Below, piece after piece: positions 39,132 through 52,414 of a stretch of 64,000 bases of DNA (the first letter of the stretch is position 1; every line of letters begins with the position of its first letter). The notes beneath the pieces were generated by a model, which had not been told where the DNA came from, did no database searches, and was given only the letters and a program-made list of their open reading frames with translations. Origin of the DNA: Octopus sinensis (Eukaryota); NCBI RefSeq assembly GCF_006345805.1, contig NC_043007.1:11780001-11844000 (forward strand), read 5' to 3'. The translations under genes and the position numbers were made by a program.

Positions 39132-41405
39132 CCCTGTATTTCACACTTAACACAAATGCTGACTACAAACTGCAAAGCATCATACATTTTGTATTGTTAT
39201 CTCCCAACCCAAGAGAACTGAAAAAGCTATTATTTCCTCCCGAGACTTTTCTTTGCAGTTGCTGACTTGCATGCAGATGACTAAACTATACACCGAGTGC
39301 ACCAGTCTAAGAGTCACTCCTCACTGTGTCCCCCCATCCCACCCCTACAAAGGGTTATGGAGTGCAACCCCATTCGTTTTGATTAAACTTTTTGAAAGCA
39401 AAAAGAAAAACTGTGCCCTATTTTTTTTTTTTTTTTCACCATTAATGTTGAGATTTTAATTCTTTGAACATCATTTCCTTTCAGCTACCAATTGTTGATC
39501 TTTATTAAAGAACCACTTTGACAAATTCCCTAAATATTGTCTTTCATATCTTTTGATACTTTTCAAGGAATTGTCTAAAAGTGCTGATGATTTTAAAATT
39601 CTTCCCTAGTCGGGTTTTCTGCACATTTACACATTCTCTTCTCTCTCTCTCTCTCTCCCTCACCTTCTCTCCTCCCTCTCTCCTCTTACCTTCACTTCTT
39701 CCCCTGCCCTTCCTTCCCCTCTCTCCTTCCTTCTCTCTCTCTTTCCTATCTTCTCTTCCCTCAGTCTCCCTTCCCTTCTCTTCCACACCTTCACTTCCTC
39801 TTATGCTTTTCATGCCTTCCACCCCTTTAATCTTTCTCTTACTGCTCCTCTCTTCCGTCTCTCTCTCTCTCTCTCTCTCTTTTCTGCTTTACCTCCTCCC
39901 CTTATCACGCCCCTTTCCTCCTCCCCCCTTTCGTTTATGCATAAAGATCAGAAACATCAATATATTGACTAATATATAAGTGGAATAGCCTGGGTACCCA
40001 ACACAAACCCAGTCAAATACTGTACACTAATTATGTACCAAAGATTGGCATGACAACATACCCTACACTACCTTTCCATATGTAAGTAGATTTGCTGTAA
40101 CCCTCCTCCAAATCACCACTGCTTGTCAGTTAGGGGTAGAGGGATTAAAAAATCTCTAGTGACACCCTCAGTTCCCCTACCATATTTACTCAGCTGTGGT
40201 ACTTCCTGTCTTCAAATTCTTTATCTTAAAAATGAAGTAAGGTCCTCCCCTACCATTATTATGTGTCAAAGAACTTCCTCAGATCCCTTCTAACAGTGCA
40301 CTGTATTGTGTTGGCTGACTGACAAACACAAATTTACCTCGTTTACCCCCACCCTATCATCCTCCTTTCTCACCCGTCCCCATACTCCCATTTTATATTT
40401 TGTTTTAATTCTTGTGAAGTCTTCTTTATAATGTTTAAATTCACCACCACCACCACCACCTTTATAATTTCATTTCTTTTCTTTGGCTGTTAAAAAATAT
40501 TTTGACAACAACAACAATAACAATGACAACCACCACCATCACTACCAGTCAGCCTATTTATATGACTGACTATGATTGCCTTAAAGGCATGGCTAGAAAT
40601 TTCTCGACTGAAAAATTCACTTTCATAGCAATTAGATATTAAATAAAACAATTAGTCTCACTTTGTTTGTGTGTGTGTTGTTGTTGTTTTATATTCTCCT
40701 TTACTTTTCTTCTGTTTTTCTCTTATTTTTTTTTTTTTTGGTTTCTCTTCCTCTGTATGTATGTATGTGTGTGTGTCCATATATATATATATATATGTAT
40801 GCTGCGGTTGAGAAGACCCATCAAGCCAAGTGAAATCGTAGTTGTGGCTAATACCAGTGTTGCACACCTGGTACCAGTGGCACGTAAAAAGCACCCTTCA
40901 AATTTTGGGCCTTGTGGAGGCAGTGACAAGTGAGCGATATACTGTGCTTGAGAAGACCTGTCAAGCCAAGTAAGATCATAGTCATGGCCGATGCCGCTGC
41001 CTCATAACTGGCACCTGTGCCAGTGGCACGTAAAAAGCATCCACTACACTCTTGGAGTGGTTGGCATTAGGAAGGGCATCCAGCCATAAAAACCATGCTA
41101 AATCAGAATGGAACCTGGTGTTGCCTTTCAGCTTACCAGTTTTCAATCAAACCATCCAACCCATGCCAGCATAGAAAACAGACATTAAATGATGATGATG
41201 ATGATATATACTTAATTTTTGAGTTAACAATGGTTTCATGTAAATGAAGACAAGTACCAATGTTCCTATGTGACGTATTTGAAAATTGTAAAGTGATCCC
41301 TCTTAACATGAAACCATTGGTAACCTTCTTAAGCCACAAATAAAAGATATTTAGAAATAATATATTTCTTAATCTCTCAGAGAAATTTATGCAGTAGCAG
41401 CACGA

Positions 41406-41648
41406 TAAAGTGATAGCATGTTGTCAACTTAATGTGATACTCCAGACTGATGATGAGCAATGACTCTGAAACTAGTCTCTGGATGCTGGTTTTGCTGGGT
41501 GGAGGTGCTTGTCTCCACTTTAAAAACATAAGGACACAGGAAATGCATCAAGTCCAACAGGAAACGATGTTTCCTGGGGCTAAATAACAGTAGCATTCTT
41601 CCCTTTCATGGGACTGTCACATTAAGTTGACAACATGATATCACTTTA
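41406..41648. mobile_element. 243-bp structured element bounded by 32-bp inverted repeats
   Basis: 41406-41437 / 41617-41648 (1 mismatch); internal hairpins GTGGAG/CTCCAC and CAGGAAAC/GTTTCCTG. Confidence 0.75.
41441..41483 (+). ncRNA. Candidate minimal type-I hammerhead ribozyme
   Basis: TCCAGA-CTGATGA-TGAGCAATGACTCT-GAAA-CTAG-TC-TCTGGA; intact core, 6-bp helix I, palindromic helix III ACTAGT, GUC triplet; helix II partly decayed. Confidence 0.72.
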
Positions 41649-42333
41649 AAAAATATTTGTCCACCAATGTTGTGTTGGTGGAAGCACATGGCCTAGTGGT
41701 TAGAGCAGCAGACTTGCAGTCAAGAGATCATGGTTTCAAATCTCAGACTGGGTGATGTGTGTGTTTATGAGTGAAACACCTTAGCTCCATGTGGCTCCGG
41801 CAGAAGGTAATGACGAGCTTCTGCCTTTTCTTTAAGCTTAGTAGTTATTCTATCAGTCTCTTTGCCGAACCGCTAGGTTATGGGAACATAAACACACCAA
41901 CACCAGTTGTCAAGCAATGGTAGGGGACAAATACAGACAGACACATACACACACACACACATGCATATATATACACACACATACATATATATATATTTAG
42001 GGAGTAAATCCAAACTTACAGGGAAAAATTAGATTTAGGATTAAATCTAACTTTACAGTATAAATATAAATTAAATTAGAGATAAAAAATGTTATCTCTA
42101 ATTTAATTTATAAATACATATATATACGCACACACACACATATGTGATGAACTTCTTTCAGTTTCTATCTACCAAATCTCACAAAGTCTTGGTTGACCCA
42201 AGGCTATAGTAGAAGACGCATACCCTGCAGTTGAACTGAACCTGGGACTATGTGGTTGAGAAGTCAGCTTCTTACCACACAACCACGCCTGCACCAGCTT
42301 GTTTACAATGATCACGTAATGTCTAGACAAGGG

Positions 42334-42368
<35 letters not shown>

Positions 42369-43291
42369 GCGTTTGTGTGTGTATAATGAAGTTATTATAT
42401 ATGAGAAATGCAACTTGTAAGGTTTGTGCTGTCTGTGTTGTTTTGAATGGTTAATGTTTACTACTAATTTTCATGAATTTTCTGAAAAAGAAATTAAATT
42501 GAAAATAGTTTCTTAGACACTGTATTGTCTTGTCTGATAAATTAACTGAAGGCAATATAATAAGCTGTGTTGCTGTCTCATAACCAGTGCTGATCTACAG
42601 CACCACTTGTGTATATATATATATGCATACATATAGTATAAAGGAATAAGGATTAGGAATCCAGCCAGTTACCTTATTAGCACTCTGATATCATCCAGAT
42701 CTGGCTAATCATATTGAATGATAATGAATCATTTATGATAAACAATTAAATGGTAAGCAAAGTAGCTAGTTAGAAAATCTAAATAAGAGACAAAAATACT
42801 AATTATACTGAGAAATAATGGTTATCGCCTCAACAGTATGGCTGTTCGACATTACTACTGTTTAACCCGAGGCAGAGCCTCTGCCAGCTGGTTATCTGGG
42901 CAAGCTGCACCTGGTATATATTGCAACCAGGGGAGCTAATCCCTACCATCTTCTAGCAGATGACAGGATCACCATACTGAACGGCTTTGAGCTTTTTGTG
43001 CCCATTTTCAATGGTGAATACTGACTGCTAGAGATAGCAGGAATACGCTCCACCTTGCAATATATAGGAAACTAAGTGACAGTCAGTCACTGATCTTGCA
43101 ACAAGCAAAGCAGCTAGTTAGAAAATTTCAATAAGAGATGAAAGTAGTAACTATACAGTAATATTTATTGCCACATGAATTAAACGCTACTTCAGTCGAT
43201 GGGTAAATCCTGAATTCGTTTAATTGGATTTTGTACAGCGTACAGAGTATATAATAATCAAGACATTATAAAGAAGACTGGAGAATTATAC

Positions 43292-43677
43292 AGGCGTAGG
43301 AGTGGCTGTGTGGTAAGTAGCTTGCTTACGAACCACATGGTTCCGGGTTCAGTCCCACTGCGTGGCACCTTGGGCAAGTGTCTTATACTATAGCCTCGGG
43401 CCGACCAAAGACTTGTGAGTGGATTTGGTAGATGGAAACTGAAAGAAGCCCGTCGTATATATGTATATGTTTGTGTGTCTGTGTTTGTCCCCCCAACATC
43501 GCTTGACAACTGATGCTGGTGTGTTTACGTCTCCGTAAGTTAGCGGTTCGGCAAAAGAGACCGATAGAATAAGTACTAGGTTTACAAAGAATAAGTCCCG
43601 GGGTCGATTTGCTCGACTAAAGGCGATGCTCCAGCATGGCCACAGTCAAATGACTGAAACAAATAAAAGAATAAAAG
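43292..43677 (+). mobile_element. SINE family A (young)
   Basis: Full-length, CpGs retained. Confidence 0.93.
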
Positions 43678-44429
43678 AAAAGAATTTTCAAAATTTTTTG
43701 TTACATTATTATTCTCATCAAACTTCAATCCGACATGTTTCCGCTGAAGAAGTGTCCCCCGTGTCTTTTGATATAGCTGTTATATGCACTTCGTTGATTT
43801 AAATTCAAATCACTTACAGTACTTATTCATCCAGGGTAGACATTTCTATTCATCTTTTTTTCAAGGTCTTACTCATGCGGGTGGGTGAAGCGAACAGCAG
43901 ATTCAAGTATTTGATAGTCCTTTTTAAAATATATCGTTGGTGAGGAACCATAAAACCCCAGGCACAGAACAGTAGAGTTAGTGATGAAATATAATATAAC
44001 TATAGTACTGGTATCACTCAAACATAGAACACACTCACACACACACTTGACTGTGTATCATATTTAATGTATATACACTGTCAATAGGCCTGTTACTGCA
44101 TTATTTGTCCAGAGATAGCATCTATTATGGACAGACTGTTAAAAGCACGATAAATATTAGCGGGTGACAAAAACTTGTCCCAGCAGTGACTAGTGAGAAA
44201 GCCAACTGCATTTTGACCTTCTTGGGCTTTTTCAATGATGTGTACTTATAGCCAACCACATTGGGACTTTAATTCATTGCCTGCAATATAGGAAAATTTG
44301 AATAAAGCATTCACTGGTGTTGCAAATAGCTGCCCAGCTGAATAAAAATCCAGTGTATACAATAGAGGCAGTATTAAATTAAATTAGCTATCTGTGTATC
44401 ATACTCAGTATATGATACATACATACAAG

Positions 44430-44465
<36 letters not shown>

Positions 44466-44769
44466 TACATACATACATAATACATACATACATACATACA
44501 GTGGTCAGAGTTTGAATACCCACTGTAAATATTTTTATGAAGTATGAAAGGAAAGTCTGAAGCAGCTGGTTTTGTACATATCATTCGCAGAGGCTTTTAA
44601 ACATAAGAAATTGAAAATAAGTATTTCTTTCAAGCTTTCATTTCATATTTCAAAGCATTTTCACACAGTAGATATTCAAAAGAAAGCCAGGCTCAGTTTA
44701 CTAGCTGATGATTGGAAATGAGTAACTCTGAGTATTGGAAGCCAGAATCTTTCTGTTATAATGTTTTAA

Positions 44770-44990
44770 CCCTTTAGCATTTAAACCGGCCATATCCGGC
44801 CAAAAGTATTCTACCTGTTTTATGTTCAAACTAGCCAGATCTGGTCTCTCACACCAACCCTACAATATCATCTTAAAAATGAACAGCTACCTCATCAAAA
44901 TCTCATAGCTACAAGATAATGCATGATTAGTTCAAAACAATGTGGATAAAGAAGCATTAATTTTGGCAGAATAATGTGAACACTAAAGGG
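44770..44990. mobile_element. piggyBac-like MITE
   Basis: TIRs CCCTTTAG/CTAAAGGG with TTAA at 44766-44769 and 44991-44994. Confidence 0.8.
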
Positions 44991-45209
44991 TTAAAGAATA
45001 CTCTACATTTGTATGGAGTCGTGTCATTTATCACTTCTAGTGAATCAATAGATATATTATGGCGTTCGAACTTCAAGGGTATCCCCTGGCACTTGCCATC
45101 ATTTATATCTCTCTCTTCCTTTACTCAACCATCCCATTTATATTCTGATCCCCATCCCTTGTGAGTATGCTTGGCGCTTTGCCACCATCTCTGTCCTGCT
45201 GTCTCCCCC

Positions 45210-45272
<63 letters not shown>

Positions 45273-45529
45273 TCTTCTCCTGCACTTCCTTCGGGTTGGG
45301 CATCCAGCTGTAAAAATTCTGCCAAAACAGTTACAGAAGTCTAGCGCAGGTTTCTACCTGACCAGCTCTTGTCAAATTGTTCCATCCATGCCAGCATTGA
45401 AGGCAGACATTAAACGGTGATGATGATGATGATGATGACGATGATATATCTTGACTTTGTTCATGAAGGTACTTGTAAAGTGTATGTGTGTACATACACA
45501 CACACACATATATATACACACACATATAC

Positions 45530-45585
<56 letters not shown>

Positions 45586-45596
45586 TACATAGACTT

Positions 45597-45627
<31 letters not shown>

Positions 45628-46532
45628 TCACACACATACATACACTTTATAAATGCCTTCACGAACAAAGCCAAAAAATACTGAAACTGCATGTGGAGTA
45701 GAGAGGGTAGCATGCTAACAACATGTAGGAAGTGTTACTGAGACTGAATGGGAGAATGTACGTACAACATGTGTGACAAGTTTCATGATTCATAGCAGCA
45801 ATGTTACTGCTTTTAGAAAAATTTACCTTCATACCACAACCCGCAAAAATAGTCCCCCTTTCTGTCTCTGTCATCTAACATTCATTCATCTTCTCACTTT
45901 ATTTGCATTCCCATTCATCAAATCCTAATTAATTTCCTTCAGCTCTTCTTTGGTCTGTATCTACTACAAGTTGTCAACAAGTAACTCGTTATCTATTCTT
46001 ATCACAATGCCAATATTATCTTTGTGCAAAGAACACCTGATGCTTCTCATTTCCACTCACCTTCTTAAAACTTTGCAACTCATTCTACTTAGGTCACCAA
46101 CTTAGATTGTTGTCATCATCTTCATTATGTTTCTTAACTGATTTCAGCCTTAAAAACTTGGGTGAACTTGCACCTCGCAGCCATAAAGTGAGATTTTTCA
46201 GATATTAAAAAGTTTGCTGATGTTTGTTTTCTTTATAAAATTAATTATGAATTCTGCACTCATCATCATCATCATCATCATCGTTTAACATCTGCTTTCC
46301 ATACTGGCATGGGTTGGACGATTTTGACTGAGGGCTGGCAAACCAGATGGCTGCACCAGGCTCCAATCTTGATCTGGCAGAGTTTCTACAGCTGGATTCC
46401 CTTCCTAACGCCAACCACTCCGAGAGTGTAGTGGGTGCTTTTCAATGACGTAAATATATATTATACATAAATATATATAATTACTGTATTCAGTGACATA
46501 AAAGATGCAAGGATATATTAGATGCATCCTTA

Positions 46533-46740
46533 AGGCAGCAAGCTGGCAGAATCGTTACCATGCCGGGCAAAATATTTAGCGGCATTTCACCTGTCCTTGT
46601 GTTCTGAGTTCAAATTCTGCCGAGGTCAACTTTGCCTTTCATCTTTTCGGGGTTGATAAATTAAGTACCAGTGGAGCACTACGGTTGATGCAATCAAATA
46701 GTCCCCTCCGTCCAAATTTCAGGCCTTGTGTCTTTAGTAG
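46533..46740 (+). mobile_element. SINE family B (second tail type)
   Basis: Imperfect TSD AAGGATA(TA)TTAGA(T/A)GCATCCT at 46509-46530 and 46742-46761. Confidence 0.88.
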
Positions 46741-46944
46741 TAAGGATATTAGAAGCATCCTGATTTCAGCAGCACATATTCAGGGAAAACTGTTTTCAGT
46801 GTGTTAAAGCTTGTGAGATACCCAAATTTGCATACAGAATCCAGGGTCTTACCCAGTATTTTTTGAAAAAAAGTGCATCCTATATATGTCAACTACAGTA
46901 TATACATATATGCATCTCTCTCTCTCTTTCTCTGTCATGGAATT

Positions 46945-47100
46945 TTGTCAGTGAACAGGTCACGATCTCAAAGCAACGAAAATATTTTGGCTAATTAAAA
47001 TGTTGAAGTGAATCTAACGATTTTTGTGTGTTTTTAAATGGTTTTTAAACACCTTCCACACTGCAATTGTTTTGTTTCAGCACACAATCTCAAATCAGGT
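46945..47100 (-). repeat. Interspersed repeat fragment, reverse copy of 49360-49520
   Basis: gagattgtgtgctg.aac.aaaacaattgcag.gtggaaggtgttta...ttagattcacttcaacattt shared. Confidence 0.8.
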
Positions 47101-47127
47101 CACTTGCTATGCGAGTACATATCCGTA

Positions 47128-47161
<34 letters not shown>

Positions 47162-47279
47162 ACACACATGTATATGTATACACACTCACACACACATATA
47201 CATAGACACACATATTGATATATATATATGCACACATATATTTATATACATGTTTTGGTGTGTGTGTGTTGTCATCAGC

Positions 47280-47527
47280 TTTATCTCTTATCAAAGTATT
47301 TATTTTCTTCTTTGCTGAACGCAATGTTGGCAGGGGGGAAAGGTTGATTTTGTTGAGCCTTTCCCTCCTGTCATTTGATTTCTTCCTTTTCTCTTCTGGT
47401 GCCTTCAAAGTTTTTGGTTCCAATGTCGATGGAATGCTGTCACTTGGTACATTCCCAGGCTTGTGTTTCAAACGATTTAAGCTCAATTCCAGTGGCTTTC
47501 AGTGTTGGTTTGTGTTGGTCCTTGAAT
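47280..47527 (-). other. Candidate minus-strand exon (purine-rich unique sequence)
   Basis: Long polypyrimidine tract then CAAAAG|A at 47527; upstream donor CGG|GTAAGG at about 47852; frame and 3' end unresolved. Confidence 0.35.
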
Positions 47528-48554
47528 CTTTTGAGAGAGAAAAAGAGAGATTCAGGGAAAAGAAATGAAATTATTATGTTAAAGCTTACGAGAGGACCAG
47601 TACCACATTTAGGAATGAGGGTGATTTTTTTTTTAGCGGAAAAAGGGCATCTTACATGCTATCAAATATAGTGCTGTTCAAGTAGTTGGACCTGGAGATC
47701 TCCATTTCCAGTGACTTCGAGGGCCACCTCCCAGTGGTGCCGGGTGTCAACGAAGAGCCCTTGATTACAACAAGACAACCAAAGTTTTTTTTTTTCCAAG
47801 GTCTGGGGTCTCCCACCCCCAAGCCCTAGACCATCACCTAATCACCCTTACCCGTTTTGTTGCTTAACAACAACAACATCGAAGTACTGCAGTTAATTAT
47901 GATAGTAATTGCAATCCTTGTCTTTCCGATACCATGTATGGTCCATTGTTTGCATGCTGGAATAATGAATTTAGGGTTCCAGTGAAATATTATTTTCAAT
48001 GTAGAACCAAATTCCAAATGGAATACAAACTGCTTTGCTAAACTTGTCCTGAGGCAATAGTCCTTATGGCCAGGTCTTTAGTTCTTCCCAGAAGTTTCAA
48101 GTCTCAAACAAATTTGGAGCAGAAGCGTTACTGCCTCTTCAACTTGTATTGCAATTTGAATTTTTATTTAGCCATTGACAGCAAATTAATGAATTTAGAA
48201 TTGTATTTATTGATCTATTTATTCATTTATTCAATTATTTATTAATTAGGCAAGTAGAGAATTCTTCAGAAGAAAATGGTGGTTATTACTGATTTGAAAT
48301 GCACTTTAACACTTCTTTGTGATCACAAATATAAGTATTTATAATAACGTTTTGATCTTTTTACTTTGCTCCAGACATTGGACTGTGGCCATGCTAGGGC
48401 ATTGCCTTGAAGGATTTAGTTAAACACTAGTACTTATTTTTTAGTCTGACACTCATTCTATCAATTTCTTTTGCCAAACTATTCAGTTATCAGGTCATAA
48501 ATAAAACAACACCAGTTGTCAAGCAGTGGGAGGGGGTAAGCACAAATACAATGA

Positions 48555-48775
48555 CACATCATCATCATTGTTTGACCGTGGTCGAGACAATGGAATTTCC
48601 TATGTTACGCCAGACTTCACAGTCCATCATAGCATTACGGAGGTCCTGTTGCTGGATGCCTGTATCCCTGAAGATTACATCAGGGTAGGAGAGCGTGCGC
48701 CCTCTGATATCGCGAGCAGATGGCTTCCAGAGGAGAAGAGTAGAAATTACCTCGTTTTCAGCTCCACAACAATGT
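48555..48775 (-). mobile_element. RTE-clade LINE 3' end
   Basis: GHCCGAENEVISTLLLWKP...SYPDVIFRDTG...DLRNAMMDCEVWRNI followed by a (TGA)n tail. Confidence 0.8.
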
Positions 48776-49136
48776 CCAGCAAACTGGTTGTAAAGTGAAC
48801 TTCTTAACCACACAGCCATACCTGTGCCTTGTTTATTCTATTAGAAAAATCTGCTACTTTCCTCATTAACTTCCTGTAAGCTTCATCTGTTTCTTAATAG
48901 TTATTAGTGAAATTTGTTAAATGATTGCCACCTTTTATATGAGAAGCATAAGAAATTAGATTTAAAAAATGTTACCTGCCAGGTTCAGTTGGATGGATCT
49001 TACTATACAGAACTCCATGTTTCAACGGAAATATCACCTGGCTTTTTATGAGACTTAAGTTCAGTCTAAGTTTACCTTGGAATCTTCAACTACAAAACAG
49101 CTGCATGTCTCTACTACATCACCTATCATTCATATA

Positions 49137-49178
<42 letters not shown>

Positions 49179-49359
49179 AAACCTATACCTGCTACAATTC
49201 ATCTTCTGACACAGTGGTTATCAACAATGTTCATATAAGATTTTGTTGTTAGAATTTATGTGCAATAAAATTGGTTGTACTTCCACAATACACAAAATGT
49301 TTCAACAATTCTTTTAATTAATTTCTAATGATACTCAGGGATGTACTTGCATAGCAAGT

Positions 49360-49520
49360 GAGCTGATCTGAGATTGTGTGCTGGAACGAAAACAATTGCA
49401 GCGTGGAAGGTGTTTATAAGCCATTTAAGAAACACACTAAAACCTTTAGATTCACTTCAACATTTAAATTTAATTTGCCAAAATATTTTCATCGCTTTGA
49501 GACCATGACCTGCTTGCTGA
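49360..49520 (+). repeat. Interspersed repeat fragment (see 46945-47100)
   Basis: Direct similarity within the window. Confidence 0.8.
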
Positions 49521-49844
49521 CAAAAAAGATGCATCCCCTCTATGTTTAGCCCCTTGTGGGCAATAAAAATAAGAAGTGGTTGGCAACAGGAAGAGCATCC
49601 AGCTGTAGAAACCATGCTCAAAGCAGACATTGGAAACTGATACCACCTTCTGTCTCATCAGTTCATGCCAAACCATCTAACCTATGGCAGCTTGTAAAAA
49701 GACCACCAAACGACTATGATGATGGTTATTGCATCAGTAGTATCAGTATAGTCAGCACTTTCTCATAATTTGTCAATCCAGTCATTTTTCTTATTCCACT
49801 GATATTCAACAATACTTGTAAAGCTTTTCAAATCCAACTTTTTA

Positions 49845-49882
<38 letters not shown>

Positions 49883-49979
49883 GATAAAATACATACATAC
49901 ATACATATATATATATTTATATGATTTAACAAATACATACATATATATATATATATATATATTTATTATATGATTAACA

Positions 49980-50034
<55 letters not shown>

Positions 50035-50204
50035 GTTTGTATGTATGCGTATCTTCTCTGTTGTTCGTTCAGCCATGTTTTATTATCATGCAACATCGTA
50101 CTTGTTCTACATATATTTTCATTTTAGTCTGCTCTTTTTACAAGAGAAAAAGAAATCCTTTGTTTGAAGCAAAGGAAGTTGTTTTCAAAAACGGTTCCTG
50201 CTAC

Positions 50205-50270
50205 CTTCTCTCTAAACGTCAGCCGATTATTCCTACCACTGGGCTCCTCCACGTCAAACCTAAATGACAT
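50205..50270 (-). CDS. Candidate alternative first coding exon MSFRFDVEEPSGRNNRLTFREK
   Basis: ATG 50270, 22 codons, phase-0 donor AAG|GTAGCA (weak); GC boxes CCCCGCCCCGCCC at about 50437-50449 upstream on this strand. Confidence 0.25.
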
Positions 50271-50806
50271 GTCCTCAAAAATATAGTGATCAATCAGTGA
50301 TTAAACCATTCATATTTTTCTGGCACACTGAAAGGGATGCATTGAAATTCTTTGAAAATATCTCAAGATTCAACTTGCATTTCTTTGTGAACTCATTGCT
50401 TTCATTGACAATCTTCTGCTCAGTTCTTAACCATCCACCCCGCCCCGCCCACCTGCTCCACATCAGGTAATACCACTTTTATGATGTTCACTTCGCGTTT
50501 TGTATTCCTTCTCCTAAACAGTATTTTGTACTTGCCCATGTTCACCGTCAATTCTTTGAATTCTAGTTTTGTTCTTCTTTATTTCTTTATTTTATTTTTT
50601 TTATTTTTAATAATTCTTAGAGTTGTCTGTACAAGACAGATCATAGGCATATGAACCTTGCCGACATTAAAAGAACTGCCTGAACTCTTTGGGGATTTCC
50701 TCCAAGAGTTAGCATAAAGATGGAAGAGCAGGCATAGGCATGGCTGTGCAGGAAGAAGTGTGTTCTATAACCACATGGTTCTGGGTTCAGTTCCATTGCA
50801 TGTTAC

Positions 50807-51040
50807 CTATTTCTTTACTACCCACAAGGGGCTAAACACAGAGAGGACAAACAAGGACAGACACACGGATTAAGTCGATTATATCGACCCCAATGCGTAA
50901 CTGGTACTTAATTTATCGACCCTGAAAGGATGAAAGGCAAAGTCGACCTCAGCGGAATTTGAACTCAGAACGTAACGGCAGACGAAATACAGCTAAGCAT
51001 TTCGCCCAGCGTTGCTAACGGTTCTGCCAGCTCGCCGCCT
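50807..51040 (-). mobile_element. SINE family B
   Basis: Collinear match. Confidence 0.9.
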
Positions 51041-51809
51041 TGGACAAATGTCTTCCATTATAGCCCTAGGCTGATCAAAGCCTTGTGAATGGATTTAGTT
51101 GACAGAAAGCCTGTCACATATGTGTGTGTGTTACTGTCTTCTTGCATTTGACACTGTTGATAGTTGTAAATGAGTGTCACCACCATGCATGTGGTGTGGT
51201 TTTTTTCCAGTGTTCCTTGTAAACATGTCTGGTTACTTGAAAACAGGTGAGGATTGGCAACAGGAAGGGCATCCAGCCATAGAAAACCTGCCTCAACAAA
51301 TTCCGTCTGACCTAAGCCAAGTATGGGAAGATGAACATTAAAATGATGGTGATGGTGTTTTAAAGGATGCACATCTTTATACTGACACCTCGCAGGTTGG
51401 ACAGGGTTGTTGAACCTGCTAAAAATAGCAGACAAATCTTCCTCAAATCATGTCTTACAGCGTTAAAAATGAAATGATACTTAGGTTTATATTATTTTAA
51501 ATACAACACATCTGAATAAAAAACAAGAATGTTACATCATGGCTGTAAAATCTTTGATCATAACAGGTCTGTTGAATGAGGGCTAACTTGGGCCAAAGCA
51601 CTACCTTCACTGCTGCTTTAGTTAAAGACTTTCATTCTAACCAATTTTGATGCTTTCAACATCTTAGCAACTGGTTTTTTAAAATTCTTCAACTGATAAA
51701 CTCCTTAGTTGGTTTTACTACAGAGAAGTTCTCCCTTCAATTTTTTTTTTCTGCTGCTAACCTTCTTTGTTGGTTGCACAAGGGACAAAGTCCTCTTTGC
51801 TCATTTATA

Positions 51810-52321
51810 CCATAAATCCTCGAGTATAGTGCGCCCTTGAGTATAATATGCTGGGGATTTTGAGGGGGCTGTACCTCTGAAACAACCTAAACCTTGTGTA
51901 TAATACGCACCCCTTCTCTAACTTGAGTCAAGGAGGTCTATATAACATCCCTAGTTTGTAAAAATGTATACGGTAACGTCCTTTATTATTATTGTATATA
52001 TAACATAATGCAAACATGTAGCTTTTTTGTGCATTTTGTTTGCAGAAAATAAAGAAATAACAGTAATAATGTTTAATAAATGTTGCTTACTGCAAGTTAT
52101 GGATGATTCTTTTATGAGTTCCACTGATTTCAGGCTTAGCTTAAGGTATTTCCGCGCCCGACATCACAAAATGCGTCTGAATAAACATTGCCGGACAGCA
52201 AATAGACTCGGACATTGCTTAGAAAATAATTTTTATTCTTAACCTCGTATATAGTACGCACTAGGGATTTTGACCTTTAAATTTTGGGGGGGAAATGCGG
52301 ATTATACTCGAGGATTTATGG
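51810..52321. mobile_element. pogo/Tc2-like MITE
   Basis: TIRs CCATAAATCCTCGAGTATA / TATACTCGAGGATTTATGG with TA at 51808-51809 and 52322-52323. Confidence 0.85.
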
Positions 52322-52414
52322 TACTTATTTTCCATCTTCTCCCTTGTAATTGAGAATAAGAGCAGATATTACAACATTTTTTCCTTCAAGACCAGTACCG
52401 ATGTGTTTGTTTTG

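Noticed and set aside
43981-44060. GTGATGA as a C/D snoRNA box C
   Set aside because: No box D (CTGA) or terminal stem at a suitable distance
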